Source: Eledone cirrhosa (lineage: Eukaryota). From it: DNA of 64,000 bases. A model generated the notes under the pieces. That model was not told the origin of the DNA, made no database searches, and was given only the letters and a program-made list of their open reading frames with translations. The DNA is taken from assembly GCA_964016885.1 (NCBI GenBank), contig OZ024748.1, forward strand, positions 32,860,001-32,924,000, in the 5' to 3' direction. This document shows positions 41,770-56,794 of this stretch, piece by piece. The first letter of the stretch is position 1. Every line of letters starts with the position of its first letter. The position numbers and the translations under genes are program-made.

Positions 41770-42205
41770 TAAAGAGTTAAACAAGATTCAATGAGTACAT
41801 CAAAGAATGAGTTTTACAGTAGATTGGAAGCATTCTAGAGGAAAAAAATATTTTCCAGAGTTATTAATATAACATTAAATTCAAATATTAATAAAATAGA
41901 TGTTCTTGTGATCAATTAAATTGTATTATACATATTTCAGAGGTACGTGAATCATGTTCAGCAGTACGTCCCCATCAGATAAAATAAAATGATACATGAC
42001 ATACCCTGGGATGTTAGATGGTTAAGATTTAATCAACTACCTTGATTAAATCTTAACCATCTAACATCTCAGGGTATGTCATGTATCATTTTATTTTATC
42101 TGATGAGGACGTACTGCTGAACATGATTCACGTACCTCTGAAATATGTATAATACAATTTAATTGATCACAAGAACATCTATTTTATTAATATTTGAATT
42201 TAATA
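41770..42205. mobile_element. Foldback pLTR (41876-42205) with left tail and two hammerheads
   Basis: Plus 42093-42158: attttat CTGATGA ggacgtac...gtacctct GAAA tatgta TA atacaat. Minus copy 41921-41984 has CTGATGG. Confidence 0.85.
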
Positions 42206-42206
42206 T

Positions 42207-42249
<43 letters not shown>

Positions 42250-42251
42250 GT

Positions 42252-42749
42252 GGAGGCACGTGTCCTAGGGGTAAGGGTGTTGGACTTACGATCATAATGT
42301 CGTGGGCTCGATTCTTCGGTTGCGTGTTGTGTTCTTGAGCAAAAGACTTCATTTCACGTTGCTCCAGTATACTCAGCTGAAAATGAGTACCAACAATAGC
42401 TGCAGGTTTAACCATGCGATGGACTGGCTTCCTGTCCAGACGGGAGTCTTTTACTCTCAGTTGCTTAATATATACTTTATATAACCCTGTGATGAACTGG
42501 TGTTCTGTGCAGGGGGGAGTTTTGTACTCTCAGTTGCTTAATATATAATTTACATAACCCTGCAATGGAGTGGTGTCCTGTCCAGGGGGGAGTCTTATAC
42601 TCTCAGTTGCTTAATATATACTTTACATAACCCTGCGATGGACTGGTGTCCTGTCCAGGGGCGGGGTGTCTTGTACTCTCAGTCACATCACGCCCTGAAA
42701 CCGGGATAAGCACCGGCCAAATGAGCCTTCTGGCTTAAGACAGACTTTA
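42252..42749 (+). mobile_element. tRNA-headed SINE (Meta-like core) with a 4x ~62 bp internal tandem repeat
   Basis: ggaggcacgtg..ggctcgattc head, tgtgttcttgagcaaaagactt core, repeated accctgcgatggactggtgtcctgtccagggg..tactctcagttgcttaatatatac, tail gaaaccgggataagc..gacttt. Confidence 0.8.
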
Positions 42750-42752
42750 GAT

Positions 42753-44698
42753 ATCATCATCATCATCATTTTACGTCCGCTTTTCCCTGCTTGCAAGGGT
42801 GGGACGGGTCTTATTCAGCACAGCATCTCTCCACTCATCACGGTCCTTCGTCATTTCCATCGTGAGCTTCAATGATCTGAGGTCTGTTCTCACCACCTCC
42901 GCCGATCTTTTTCGTGGTCTACCTCTACCACGCCTTCCTTCAACTGGCATTTCCTGGCACTTCTTCCCCCAATCGGTCATCCTCCATGCGCATCACATGT
43001 CCATACCACCTCAGTCTCCTCTCTCGTACACTACATTCTATCCCTCTCAGACACAGTTTCTCTCTCAACACATTTATGCTGGGTCGTTCACGCACATTTA
43101 CACTACATATTCAACGGAGCATGCTTGCCTCATTTCTCTCCATTTCTCTTCCTATCCTCTGCAGTTGCTGCCCATGTCTCACTACCATGCAGCATCGCGC
43201 TCCTCACACAGGCATCATACAACCGGCCTTTCGTACGCAGGGAGAAACCCTTCTTCGTCAACAGAGGAAGCAGCTCCCTAAATTTCTTCCAGCCCGTCCT
43301 TATTCTAGATACTATGGCCTCGGAACACCCTCCTCCCATGCTAATCTGATCTCCTAGGTACCGGAAGCTATCAACCACTTCTATAACACCCTCCTGCATT
43401 TGAAAAATATGTCTATCGATGTGACTTCTACTGTCTAATTTCCCTGTACATCTACTGCATACATATTTCCCCCTACCTGTTAGTTTGCCTGCTATCCCAC
43501 TACATCTCTTGTGTACCCAGGATCTGCATTGTGTGCATTTTATAGAATTTATGCCAGTTCCTTTTCTGCATATTGAACATGGCCATTTCTCTGGCGGAAT
43601 CAGAGTTTTGTCCTCTTTTCTACTCATCAACACTTTTGTCTTAGCTAGGTTCACTCTCAGTCCTCTTGCTTCCAACTGCTGTTTCCATAGCCAGAATTTA
43701 TTCTCTAGCTCCTCTACTGATTCTGCTATAAGAACCAGATCGTCAGCATAGAGAAGTTCCCATGGACAGCCAGTCTTAAACTCCTCTGTTATGGCTTAGA
43801 GGACTATAAAGAGCGGGCTGAGGACCGAACCTTGATGTACTCCTACTTGTATCTGGAATTCCTCTCTAAACTCCATTCCTACCCTGACTTTACTGAGAGT
43901 ACCTCTGTACAAAGTTTGCACTGTCCTCACAAGCCATTCCTCAACACCAAGCTTACTTAGAGACCACCAGATGACAGATCGGGGTCCCCTATCAAAGGCC
44001 TTCTCTAGGTCAACAAAGGCTAAGTATAGTGGCTTATTTTTCTCTAAGAACCTCTCTTGCAATTGTTTCACCAAGAAGAGGGCATCTGTTGTACTCTTCC
44101 CAGGCACAAAACCAAACTGCATCTCATCTAGTTTGACCCTTTCTCTAATTAGTTGTGCTAATATCCTTTCTGCCACTTTCATAACCTGATCCATCAGTTT
44201 TATACCCCTATAATTGCTCCTCTCCAGAGCATCCCCTTTACCTTTGTAGCAATTTATGAGAATACTGCTGCACCAGTCTTTGGGTATGACACCACCATAT
44301 ATAGCCTGATTGATGATGCGTGCAACCAATTTAGTGCCTACGTCCCCTGATGCCTTCAGCATCTCAGCAACTATTCCCGATGGTGCAGCAGCGTTACCAT
44401 TTTTCATTTCCCTAATCGCCTCTTGGACCCTATATTCATCAATCTCAATAGCTGGTCCCTCTGTCGGATCTACTAAGGGTAATTTCTCTCTCTCCCATTC
44501 GTTCTCCACATTCATCAGTCGCTCATAATGACATTTCCAGGCCTCCTTTTTATGATCATTTGTGACACTAAGTACAACGGCATCATCCCGGACACATTTA
44601 TCTCCAACAACATCCTGATTTGCATTGACACACTGCCTTGCAATGTGGAACACCGCACGCCTCTGATCTTCCCGTCGCAGAACATTGGCAAACCTCCT
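42753..44698 (-). mobile_element. RTE family B, 5'-truncated, frameshifted
   Basis: ORFs 43796-44734, 43130-43675 and 42771-42980; (GAT)n tail at 42753. Confidence 0.93.
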
Positions 44699-44699
44699 A

Positions 44700-45005
44700 T
44701 ATATATTTATATCAAGCAAGAATTTGTTGGTCATTCCTCTCTCTCTTCCACAGAATCTCTGTATTGGACAACAAGACTCAGTACAGTGTCTCCTTCATAT
44801 GTTGGACTACCTCAATACCAACGATCCTCTCACAGGTAAGTACATATCCATCAAAGCTGGAGGTGAACTAATTATCAAAGTACTTCAACATCTTTTTAAC
44901 TGTTTTATCACTCCAGGAAAAAGCCCAGACATGTTCAAGAAATCATTGATAGTTGTACTCTACAAAAAAGGTAGCAGACTTGATTGTGGGAACTATCAGC
45001 CTAGT
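44700..45005 (+). mobile_element. Fragment of a third non-LTR (RTE/BovB-like) RT
   Basis: KAGGELIIKVLQHLFN...DMFKKSLIVVLYKKGSRLDCGNYQP resembles RT domain 0/1. Confidence 0.7.
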
Positions 45006-45159
45006 AATTAATCCTTTAATGTTCAAACCGGCCAAAACTGGCCAGAATTCTCTACTTCTTTCTATTGAAACTGGCTGTAACTGGCCCCTCAAACTGATGT
45101 TATGGTATTGTTCTCAAAATAAATACTTTCAAATTCTCATAGATTCGATATTATGTAAG

Positions 45160-45367
45160 ATAAAGCCTTTACTGTGAAAATACAATAGTATATAGAGAGT
45201 AATGTAATGTTATGTGAGATATTATGTGAGGTAAAGCCTTTACTGTGAAAATACAATAGTATATATAGAGTAATGTAAATGGGATGTGAGATATTATATG
45301 AGGTAAAGCCTTTACTGTGAAAATACAATAGTATATATAGAGTAATGTAAATGATATATGAGATAAA
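45160..45367 (+). repeat. ~70 bp tandem repeat, 3 copies
   Basis: taaagcctttactgtgaaaatacaatagtatata(ta)gagtaatgtaa.. repeated. Confidence 0.85.
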
Positions 45368-45664
45368 GCTTCTCTTCCTCTCTCTCTAAAAAACCAGATT
45401 CTTTCTCAACCATGGAACCATCTATTACTTGATGTCCTGTTTAGGTGTCACAAACTGTCAGATATTTCTGACCCTATACTTTCGCTCATCATCAAGGTAA
45501 AGTCTCCCTTTATTTATATCCCTGCTTTGTGTGGTTGGTATTAGGAAGGGCTTCCAGCTGTAAAATACCCAACAGTCCTCACCGGAGCAAAGCGCAATTG
45601 GGGCCAACTATGGCCAGACTTGACCCAGAGTCTGCCTCCTTCACTGTCTTTATCACCAGAACTA

Positions 45665-46250
45665 TCATCATCATCATTTTACGACCGCTTTTCCGTGGCA
45701 CCTACACGACCACTTTACAGTGTGGGCTGGGTGCTTTTTTGCCGTGACACCTTCACATCCACTTTACAGTGTGGACTGGGTGCTTTTTTGTCATGGTGCC
45801 GACACATCCACTTTGCAGTGGAATGATATGGACCCTAGTCCCTATCATCTCATTTCTACAGCTGAGTAAACTGGAGCAATGTGAAATAAAGTGTCTTGCT
45901 CAAGGAAACAACACATCACCTGGTCTGAGAATTGAAATCACAACCTTTCGATTGCAAGGCCAATGCTCTAACCACTAAGCCATGTGCTTCCATATATATA
46001 TGTATATCATCATCATCATCATCATCATTATCGTTTAACGTCCATCTTCCACGCTAGCATGGGTTTGGACGGGAATTGTCCCATTTGAAGCAAGATTGGT
46101 TATCTTGCTCGTATAGGGCTGTCTGACGGGTTTTCTACGGCTGGATGCGCTTCCTGAAACCAACCACGTTTACAGTGTGGACTGCGAGGTTTTTACCGTG
46201 TTACCTACACAGCCACATTACAGCGTGGACTGTGTGTTTTTTTTTGTCAT
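45665..46250 (-). mobile_element. SINE (45665-45991, paralog of 28038-28374) followed by an RTE family A 3'-UTR fragment (~46007-46250)
   Basis: Direct similarity to 28038-28374 and to 2180-2410. Confidence 0.8.
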
Positions 46251-47579
46251 ATATATACATATATACATAAAAGATAAAAAAAAAGATGGTATGTTCACAG
46301 CCAATCTATGAAGAACCACCGTAGACTAGAGAACTCAACAATGCTGGCGAATAAAATCTGGCAGCTTAAGGACACAAACCAGGAATATGGGATTAGTTGG
46401 TCGAAATTTAATTACCGCCCAGCTCCACATCTTGTGTAAATAACATAGCCATTTATTTCACTATATATATGCCTGTGTATATATATATGTACCACTATAT
46501 ATATGTACTGTTCCTTCATAAACCAGTTCCTAGATCATGATCACAACACCGTCATCCTGAAATACCACATCCACCAGAAGCAGAAGAATGCACACGTCAT
46601 GTTAAAAGCTGGTCAAATTCAATCAGATCAAGTCCTCATGAAGAGTCTGTTGCACAAGGTAAATAGTATATGCGTGTATGTGTATATGGGTGTCTGTGTC
46701 TATATATGTGTGTGTATATGTGTGTCTGTGTGTATAAATGTGTGTGTATATATACGTGTGTGTGTGTATATATATATATATATATGTGTGTGTATGTATA
46801 TATATATGTGTGTGTGTATATATGAGTGGGCGTATATATATATGTGTGTGTGTGTATATATACATATATAGTTAGAGCGGTGTGTATATAATAAATAATG
46901 TATATAATCTACGCCTAATCGTGATTAAAACTTCTACTTTGCAGCTTACAACTGTAACTGGCATCTGTGATGTTGACAAGAATGTAGTACTCAACATAGG
47001 GTGCATGATAGCGAGGGGAAAATACATAATGATAAACACACCAATATATATATAAAAGGTAAACAGAAATGACAACACAATCGGTACAGTATATGGAAGG
47101 GATATATTAGGTTAATGATTGATATATAGATTGATATAGAGGGGCTTAACGTTTTGGGCGCTAGTCCTTCATCAGAAGAAAGAATGAGAAATAAAATTCA
47201 TTGAGGTAATGGTCGGGAAAAAAAGTCTTTAGATAAAAATAATAGGTCCTTTCATGTTGACATCTCTATCAAAACTATATATATATATATATATATATAG
47301 ATATATATATATATATATATAGATATAGATATATCAATGATATTAATAAATGGAAACTATATTTATAAAACCATATTTAATCTATTATATATATTTCAAG
47401 GGTACCAAAACTTTGGTACGCTCTCATCAGATAAATTACAAAATTTGTTTTATAAATAGTGACATACCCAAGAATGATACCTTAACGGTTCAAGTTTCTC
47501 CTGGATAGTGAAAGAAAAGAGAGAAAAAGGGAAGAAAGGAAAAAACAAACATTTCAAATTATTTTGATGAATATGCACA

Positions 47580-49193
<1,614 letters not shown>

Positions 49194-50083
49194 GATTTTT
49201 TCTTCAATAGAGTATACAAATGTTTTACTTGTAATATTTCTTATATTATATTCCTAAAAATATTTCTTCTTCTATATTTCCCTCAACTGTGATTTCAGTT
49301 AATATCTGAAGATAATCCAAACTTATGTTTCACCCAAGTTTAGTTAAAATACAAAAACGTCTCACAGTGAAGAAAATAAACTCAGTTCTGAGGAAATATT
49401 TCACAGTAATTGAACTATAGATTTATATAAACAGTGTTATATAAGTTCTGTTTAAAATGTTTTAGTCTTAAAATTATGATAAATAGAGTCGATGTATCCA
49501 AGATTGAAAATAATAATTTATCCCAATGTCATCTGGTATTCTGAAATGAAAAAGAAACAGTATGAGATAATAGAGAATACTTTAGAAGCAGAGATAGATT
49601 TAACAGTGGAAATTTTATATTTCTATATTGGTAAACTGTAGATATCACCTTTCCTGTCCAGAGCAATTCTCTCCAATGTAAGCACTGGTATTCCAGCATG
49701 CTCTATAAATTATATCCTTCTATCTCGTGGGAGGTCTGCTCTATGGCAGTTTAGCGAAAAATTCATTCTGATAGGAATTTCTAACGTAGCTATCATCTCC
49801 TCTCCTGGTGACATGTCAACACCGGTTTAACGTATACATATATAAATATATATACACACACATACACACACATATATACATATACACATACGTATATATA
49901 TACATACATTACATATACATACATATATATATATACATACATATAAACATTCATATATATATATATACATACACATATATATACATATATATACACATAC
50001 ATATATATACACATACATATATATACACATACATATATATACACATACATATGTATATACATACATATATATATATACATACA

Positions 50084-50124
<41 letters not shown>

Positions 50125-50142
50125 ATACATACATATATATAT

Positions 50143-50326
50143 ATTCATTTCATTTCATTTCATTTTACATCCACTTTTCCTTGCTTGCAAGGGTGGGACG
50201 GGAACTGATTCTGGCTTGATTTCTACAGCTGGATGCCCTTCCTAACACCAACCTCATTTACAGTGAGTGCTGGGTGCTTTTTTCCCGTGGCACCTCCACG
50301 ACCACTTTGCATCTCATTTCTACAGC
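50143..50326 (-). mobile_element. Partial SINE (Ceph-like domain + RTE family B tail)
   Basis: Matches 28038-28250 with an internal deletion. Confidence 0.75.
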
Positions 50327-50793
50327 TATACATACATATATATATATACATATATATATACATATATATACATACATATACATACATATATATACATATA
50401 TATATACACATACATATATATACATATATATATACATATATATATACACATATATATACATACATATATATATACATATATATACATACATATATATATA
50501 TACATATATATACATACATATATATATATATACATATATATATACATACATATATATATATACATATATATACATACATATATATATATATACATATATA
50601 TACATACATATATATATATATACATATATATATACATATATATACATACATATATATATATACATATATATATATACATATATATATATACATATATTTA
50701 TACATATATATATATACATATATTTATACATATATACATATATATACATATATACATATATATACATATACATATATATATATATACATATAC

Positions 50794-50825
<32 letters not shown>

Positions 50826-51059
50826 ATACATATATATATATACATATACATATATATATACATATATATGTATATACATATATATATATATATACATATA
50901 TATAAGTAAGATGTATGGTAGGTCGTATGTGAATCGCGATGATCACGTCTGACTTACCAAGTATGTGACGGTAGCTAGTTAAGCTCTATGCGTATACGCA
51001 GAGCAGAAATATTAGTGAAAAAGAACAAAGGAACTATTATGACATTATAACAAGTTTAT

Positions 51060-51106
51060 TGCCGACAGCCGTTTCGTCCGACCCCATGGTGGGACTTATC
51101 AAGGCA
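51060..51106 (-). ncRNA. Type I hammerhead ribozyme with U3-A8 covariant core, in a probable PLE pLTR (~50905-51455)
   Basis: tgcc TTGATAA gtcc caccatggggtc ggac GAAA cggctg TC ggca. Confidence 0.75.
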
Positions 51107-51459
51107 TATAACATGTGATTGCAAGATCATTGTTTACATCAACGTATCACTCAAGGCTAGCAGTTTGAAATTGTTGTATACATCAGCAACTCCGCTTTAA
51201 GGGGGGCTCTTTTATATTAGTTGTCGGGGTCAGGGATTGAAGTTTAAAAATTAGACAAAAATATATAATTTACGCATCAACATTAATCCAAAAGACTTGG
51301 GGTCCCGTAGAAGCACCTCAGAAAATCCCTCAATGAGTGCATAAAGCTTATAGGCTCCAATAAACCTATTAGTCTAGAAGAAAATTAAGAGGCTAATAAA
51401 ATAAGACAATAAAAATATAAAGTTTCCCTAAAAAATAGCGATTGTCCCAGCGCATTGCT

Positions 51460-54400
51460 GGAAAAGTCAACATTTGACATGATTTTCATTTTGTAACAGT
51501 ACTGACGGTAATATATATGTATATATATATATATATATACATATGTATGTGTTTGTGTGAGTGGTGTGTGTCTTTATATGCATGAGTGTTGGTGTGAGTG
51601 GCGTGTGTGTTTGTAGTTTGTATCCATGAGTGTTGATGTGTGAGTGAGTGTGTGTGTGTGTGCCGTGAGTGTCAATAAATGGGATTTTTTTAATGACGAT
51701 GCTGTAAAATAGAGGGGTAGAGAGGGCCTTTGAGTCTAGTAAGACATCCTCTCTAGTGCTGGTGCCATAAATAAAAGCACCCAGTCCATGCTGTAAAGTG
51801 GTCCTGGTGTTAGGAAGGGCATCCAACCAGTGTATCAATGCCAAAGCGATTATTAGCACAGCAACAAGTAGGAACAACAAAATTATGAAGACGTTGCATC
51901 TCAGAGTTGCAACACTTAATGTTGGCACTCTCAGAGGCAGATCTGCGGAAATAGTGGAGATGCTGGAGAGAAGGCATGTCGATGTGTGCTGCGTGCAAGA
52001 GGTGAGATAGAGAGGTGCCTCTGTGAGACTAGTCGTAGGCAAACATCTTAGCGATAAGCTTTTCTGAGTAGGTAAGGATGATGGGTTATGGGGAGTAGGC
52101 ATTTTCCTGGTTGAGAGATGGATCAATATGACAATAGAGGTAGTTCGAGTTAGTAATCGAATAATTAAGCTTAGATTAGTTGTAGGCAGGAGACTACTGA
52201 CAATCATCTCTGCCTATGTACCCCACAGCATAGGTTAGTCGATAGTGATATCTCAGTAAGCAAGCCTAGCAAAAAAGAGAAAGACTGCTTTTATGAGCAA
52301 CTTTTACAAACAACCACAATGACAGAGGACGGAGACATCGTTATGCTAGCAGGGGACTTCAATGGTCATGTTGGACAACTCCAGGATGGTTACACTGGGG
52401 TACATGCTGGGCATGGTTACGGCTCAAGAAATGAAGAAGGAGTGAGACTTCTTGAATTTTGTGTTGCAAGTACACTAACTATTAGCAACACTAACATCCA
52501 GAAACCTGCCAACCACCTAAAAACCTATAAATCAGGCGAGCACATAGCCAGATTGACTTCTTACTAGTTCGGCAGCGGGCCTGGGGAATAATGTACCCCA
52601 CAGCATAGGTTAGTCGTTAGTGATATCTCAGTAAGCAAGAGATGGAATGAGACATCCAGGAAGGTGTGGAGAAGAAAGGTCTGGAAACTAAAAGTCCTTT
52701 CACTACAATACAAATTTAGGAAAGCATTTCAAGATGTGTATGACGAAAAAGAAGACGATTTAGAGACGTATGACGTAGATAATAACTGGAATTTCTTACG
52801 CGACATCTTACTGCAGGCTACTGATGAAACTGGTGGCTGGAGCAGAGCTCCAACCAGACAGAGAGTGACCTGAGGTGGAACAGAACAGTAGATAAGGCCA
52901 TTAGAGACAAAAGACTAGCATGTAAGGCTTGGAAAAAGGGTGAGAGTAGAGAAGAATATACAGTCACTAAGAGAGAAGCTAGATGTCAGGTGTACTTAGC
53001 ACGCAGGGAGGCTGAGAGTAGGTGGTTTGCCAATGTTCTGCGACGGGAAGATCAGAGGTGTGCGGTGTTCCACATTGTAAGGCAGTGTGTCAATGCAAAT
53101 CAGGATGCTGTTGGAGATAAATGTGTCCGGAATGATGCCGGTGTACGTAGTGCATGATCAGAAAAAGGAGGCCTGGAAATGTCATTATGAGAGACTGATG
53201 AATGTGGAGAACAAATGGGAGAGAGAGAAATTACCCTCAGTAGATCTGACAGAGAGACCAGCTATTGAGATTGACGAATATAGGGTCCAAGAGGCGATTA
53301 GGGAAATGAAAAATGGTAAGGCTGCTGGACCATCGGGAATAGTTGCTGAGATGCTGAAGGCATCAGGGGACGTAGGCACTAAACTGGTTGCACACATCAT
53401 CAATCAGGCTAGATATGGTGGTGGCATACCCAAAGACTGGTGCAGCAGTATTCTCATAAATTGCTACAAAGGTAAAGGGGATGCTCTGGAGAGGAGCAAT
53501 TATAGGGGTATAAAACTGATGGATCAGGTTATGAAAGTGGCAGAAAGGATATTAGCACAACTAATTAGAGAAAGGGTCAAACTAGATGAGATGCTGTTTG
53601 GTTTTGTGCCTGGCAAGAGTACAACAGATGCCCTCTTCTTGGTGAGACAATTGCAAGAGAGGTTCTTAGAGAAAAATAAGCCATTACTCTTAGCCTTTGT
53701 TGACCTAGAGATGGCCTTTGATAAGGTACCCTGACGAGTCATCTGGTGGTCCCTAAGGAAACTAGGTGTTGAGGAATGGCTTGTGAGGACAGTGCAAACT
53801 TTGTACAGAGGTACTGTCAGTAAAGTCAGGGTAGGAATGGAGTTTAGTGAGGAATTCCAGAGACAAGTAGGAGTACATCAAGGTTCGATCCTAAGCCCAC
53901 TCTTGTTCATTATAATCCTCCAAGCCATAACAGAGGAGTTTAAGACTGGCTGTCCATGGGAACTTCTCTATGCTGACGATCTGGTTCTTATAGCAGAATC
54001 AGTAGAGGAGCTAGAGAATAAATTCTGGCTATGGAAACAGCAGTTGGAAGCAAGAGGACTGAGAGTGAACCTAGCTAAGACAAAAGTGTTGATGAGTAGA
54101 AAAGAGGACAAAACTCTGATTCCGTCAGGGAAATGGCCATGTTCGATATGCAGAAAAGGAACTGGCATAAATTCTATAAAATGTACACAATGCAGATGCT
54201 GGGTACACAAGAGATGTAGTGGGATAGCAGGCAAACTAACAGGTAGGGAGAAATACGTATGCAGTAGATGTACAGGGAAATTAGACAGTAGAAGTCGCAT
54301 TGATAGACACATTTTTCAAATGCAGACGGGTGCTATAGAAGTGATGGATAGCTTCCGGTACCTAGGAGATCAGATTAGCATGGGAGTGGGGTGTTCCGAT

Positions 54401-54952
54401 GCCATAGTATCTAGAATAAGGATGGGTTTTTAAGATGTTTAGGGAGCTGCTTCCACTGCTGACGAAGGGTTTCTCCCTGCGTACGAAAGGCCGGTTATAT
54501 GATGACTGTGTGAGGAGCGCGATGCTGCATGGTAGTGAGACATGGGCAGCAACTGCAGAGGATAGGAAGAGAAATGGAGAGAAATGAGGCAAGCATGCTC
54601 CGTTGGATGTGCAATGTCAATGTGCGTGAACGACCCTGCATGGATGTGTTGAGAGAGAAACTGTGTCTGAGAGGGATAGAATGTAGTGTGCGAGAGAGGA
54701 GACTGCGGTGGTATGGACATGTGATGCGAATGGAGGATGGCCGATGAGTGAAGAAGTGCCAGGAAATGCCAGTTGAAGGAAGACGTGGTAGAGGTAGACC
54801 ACGAAAAACATGGGCGGAGGTGGTGAGAACAGACCTCAGATCGCTGAAGCTCACGGTGGAGGTGACGAAGGACCGTGACAAGTGGAGAGATGCTGTGCTG
54901 TGTCCCACCCTTGCAAGCAGAGAAAAGCGGACGTATGATGATGATGATGATG
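51460..54952 (+). mobile_element. Full-length but disrupted RTE family B LINE (5' UTR, APE, RT, PHD-like finger, tail)
   Basis: ATG 51885 MKTLHLRVATLNVGTL..CCVQEVR, GDFNGHVG, RT ORFs 53087-53734 and 53783-54433, many stops and frameshifts, (GAT)n tail at ~54936-54952. Confidence 0.93.
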
Positions 54953-55480
54953 AGAAATATATATCTTTTGAATTTATTGTTCTCATTTATTTATTTAGTT
55001 ATTTCTGTTTCTAAACTACTTCCCAATGACTCGTACATATTGATACGTGCTTGTGCATGTGGATATATGTATTTATATGTATGTATGTATGTGTATATAT
55101 GTATATATATATATATATATGTGCATGTGTGTGTGTGTGTGTATGCTTGTATATATGTGTGTATGACTATGTATATGTACGTGTGTGTGTGTATATATAT
55201 ATATATGTGTGTGTGTATGTGGATGTATTTATGTTCCCGTCCGTATTTCTATGTAGACGCAAATACGCTTATGTGAGAAAGTATACGTGTACGTAATTTT
55301 ACGAATATGCGCGTAGTTGAGTGTGTGTATGTTTATATTATGAATATTCATTTTTTTTATATATATTTAAAAGAAAGTTTTTTTCCCTTACTTACTTTTT
55401 GCCTGTTTTTTGAGCCTCACTTTCATATTTCCTAAATTTTGTTTTCAAATCCATATTTAATAAAAACACCATGTTATTTA

Positions 55481-55541
55481 TTCATTCTGACGACTGAAGA
55501 CAGACACATCATCTGGCTTCAAGAAACCACTGGTAAATGAA
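55481..55541 (+). ncRNA. Type I hammerhead ribozyme
   Basis: ttcatt CTGACGA c tgaag a caga..tctg g cttca a GAAA ccactgg TA aatgaa. Confidence 0.82.
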
Positions 55542-55571
55542 ATAATTATCTTATGTTGTTTTTTATGGAAC

Positions 55572-55604
<33 letters not shown>

Positions 55605-55612
<8 letters not shown>

Positions 55613-55980
55613 TTATAAGCTTTCACCGTATGTTAGACTAAAGAAATTTCTAGCCTGATAGCGGGGTTTATAACCCTCAGAGAAATGGAAAAAGATGAGT
55701 GTTGCCGTACATGGGAGTCGAACCCACATCTTTGGTTATCTGGACCACTGTGCTACCATTTACACCAACACATCACATGATATGTTGGTGTAAATGGTAG
55801 CAAAGTGGTCCGGATAAACAAAGATGTGGGTTCGACTCCCATGTACGGCAACACTCATCTTTTTCCATTTCTCTGAGGGTTATAAACCCCACTATCAGGC
55901 TAGAAATTTCTTTAGTCTAACATACGGTGAAAGCTTATAATTTCTAATTTCAAAAAACATACTTACATGTTTACGTTTAT
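55605..55980. mobile_element. Foldback (55605-55770 / 55783-55948) plus tail, containing a 5'-truncated tRNA-like sequence
   Basis: Plus 55783-55850: tgt TGGTGTAAATGGTAGCA .. tggt ccggata aaca .. gtggg TTCGACT cccat gtacggca; mirrored on the minus strand. Confidence 0.75.
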
Positions 55981-56322
55981 ATATATATAAAGATGTATAT
56001 ACTCTTGCGTGTATACATCTGAAAATGTATATATACTTGTAAACACATACTTAAACATACATGTATACATATATAGATGGACAGTTATACATATACAATA
56101 ACTTATTTCTATACATACATATACCACAAGTAAGGCATGGTGCTGCCAACTAACCAGACCTCCCCCATAATGGACCAGCTAGATCCCAAATTACAGGCCT
56201 GCTAGCCAACACACAGTCCCAATAAGTGTAAGTTACGGCGCAGCTATATGGACAGACTTGTCTTAAGACTACTCATTATCCCACATCTTTTGTATACTAT
56301 ATATATACTGTATATATACTGT

Positions 56323-56357
<35 letters not shown>

Positions 56358-56794
56358 CATACATACACACATATAATTGTGTATTCACGCATTATCTTAG
56401 TAATGAGATAATTAATAATTTTAATTGTTCAAAATACTTCATTAACCCTTTTGGTAGAAACCCACCCAAAATTGGTTCTCGTTCTATGGAAATGGTTCCT
56501 ATCTAAATTAAACTCTTCCAACGAAATTATATATAACAACCATATGTTAAGTTACTATGTTAGTAATTAACTAACAATTGTGAGAAATAGCTCAAAATTA
56601 TTCATAATTAATTGAAATACAAGGTTCATAATTATAATAAAATCTTCGAATAGGCTACGAAGCCGGTAAACCTTAAAGGTACGCAACACACACATTGCTA
56701 TAGCATTTCACCAGCCCCTTTCTTCCTCAATTATTACATAGATGTGTGTGTATGTAATAATTATTTTGTATTGTGTGTCTATTTATGAATATGT

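Noticed and set aside
55783-55850. Functional tRNA gene
   Set aside because: The 5' acceptor strand is missing, position 33 is C, and the anticodon differs between arms (GGA vs AGA).
56442-56682. piggyBac-like MITE starting ttaaccctttt (similar at ~45008)
   Set aside because: No convincing matching right TIR with TTAA was found.
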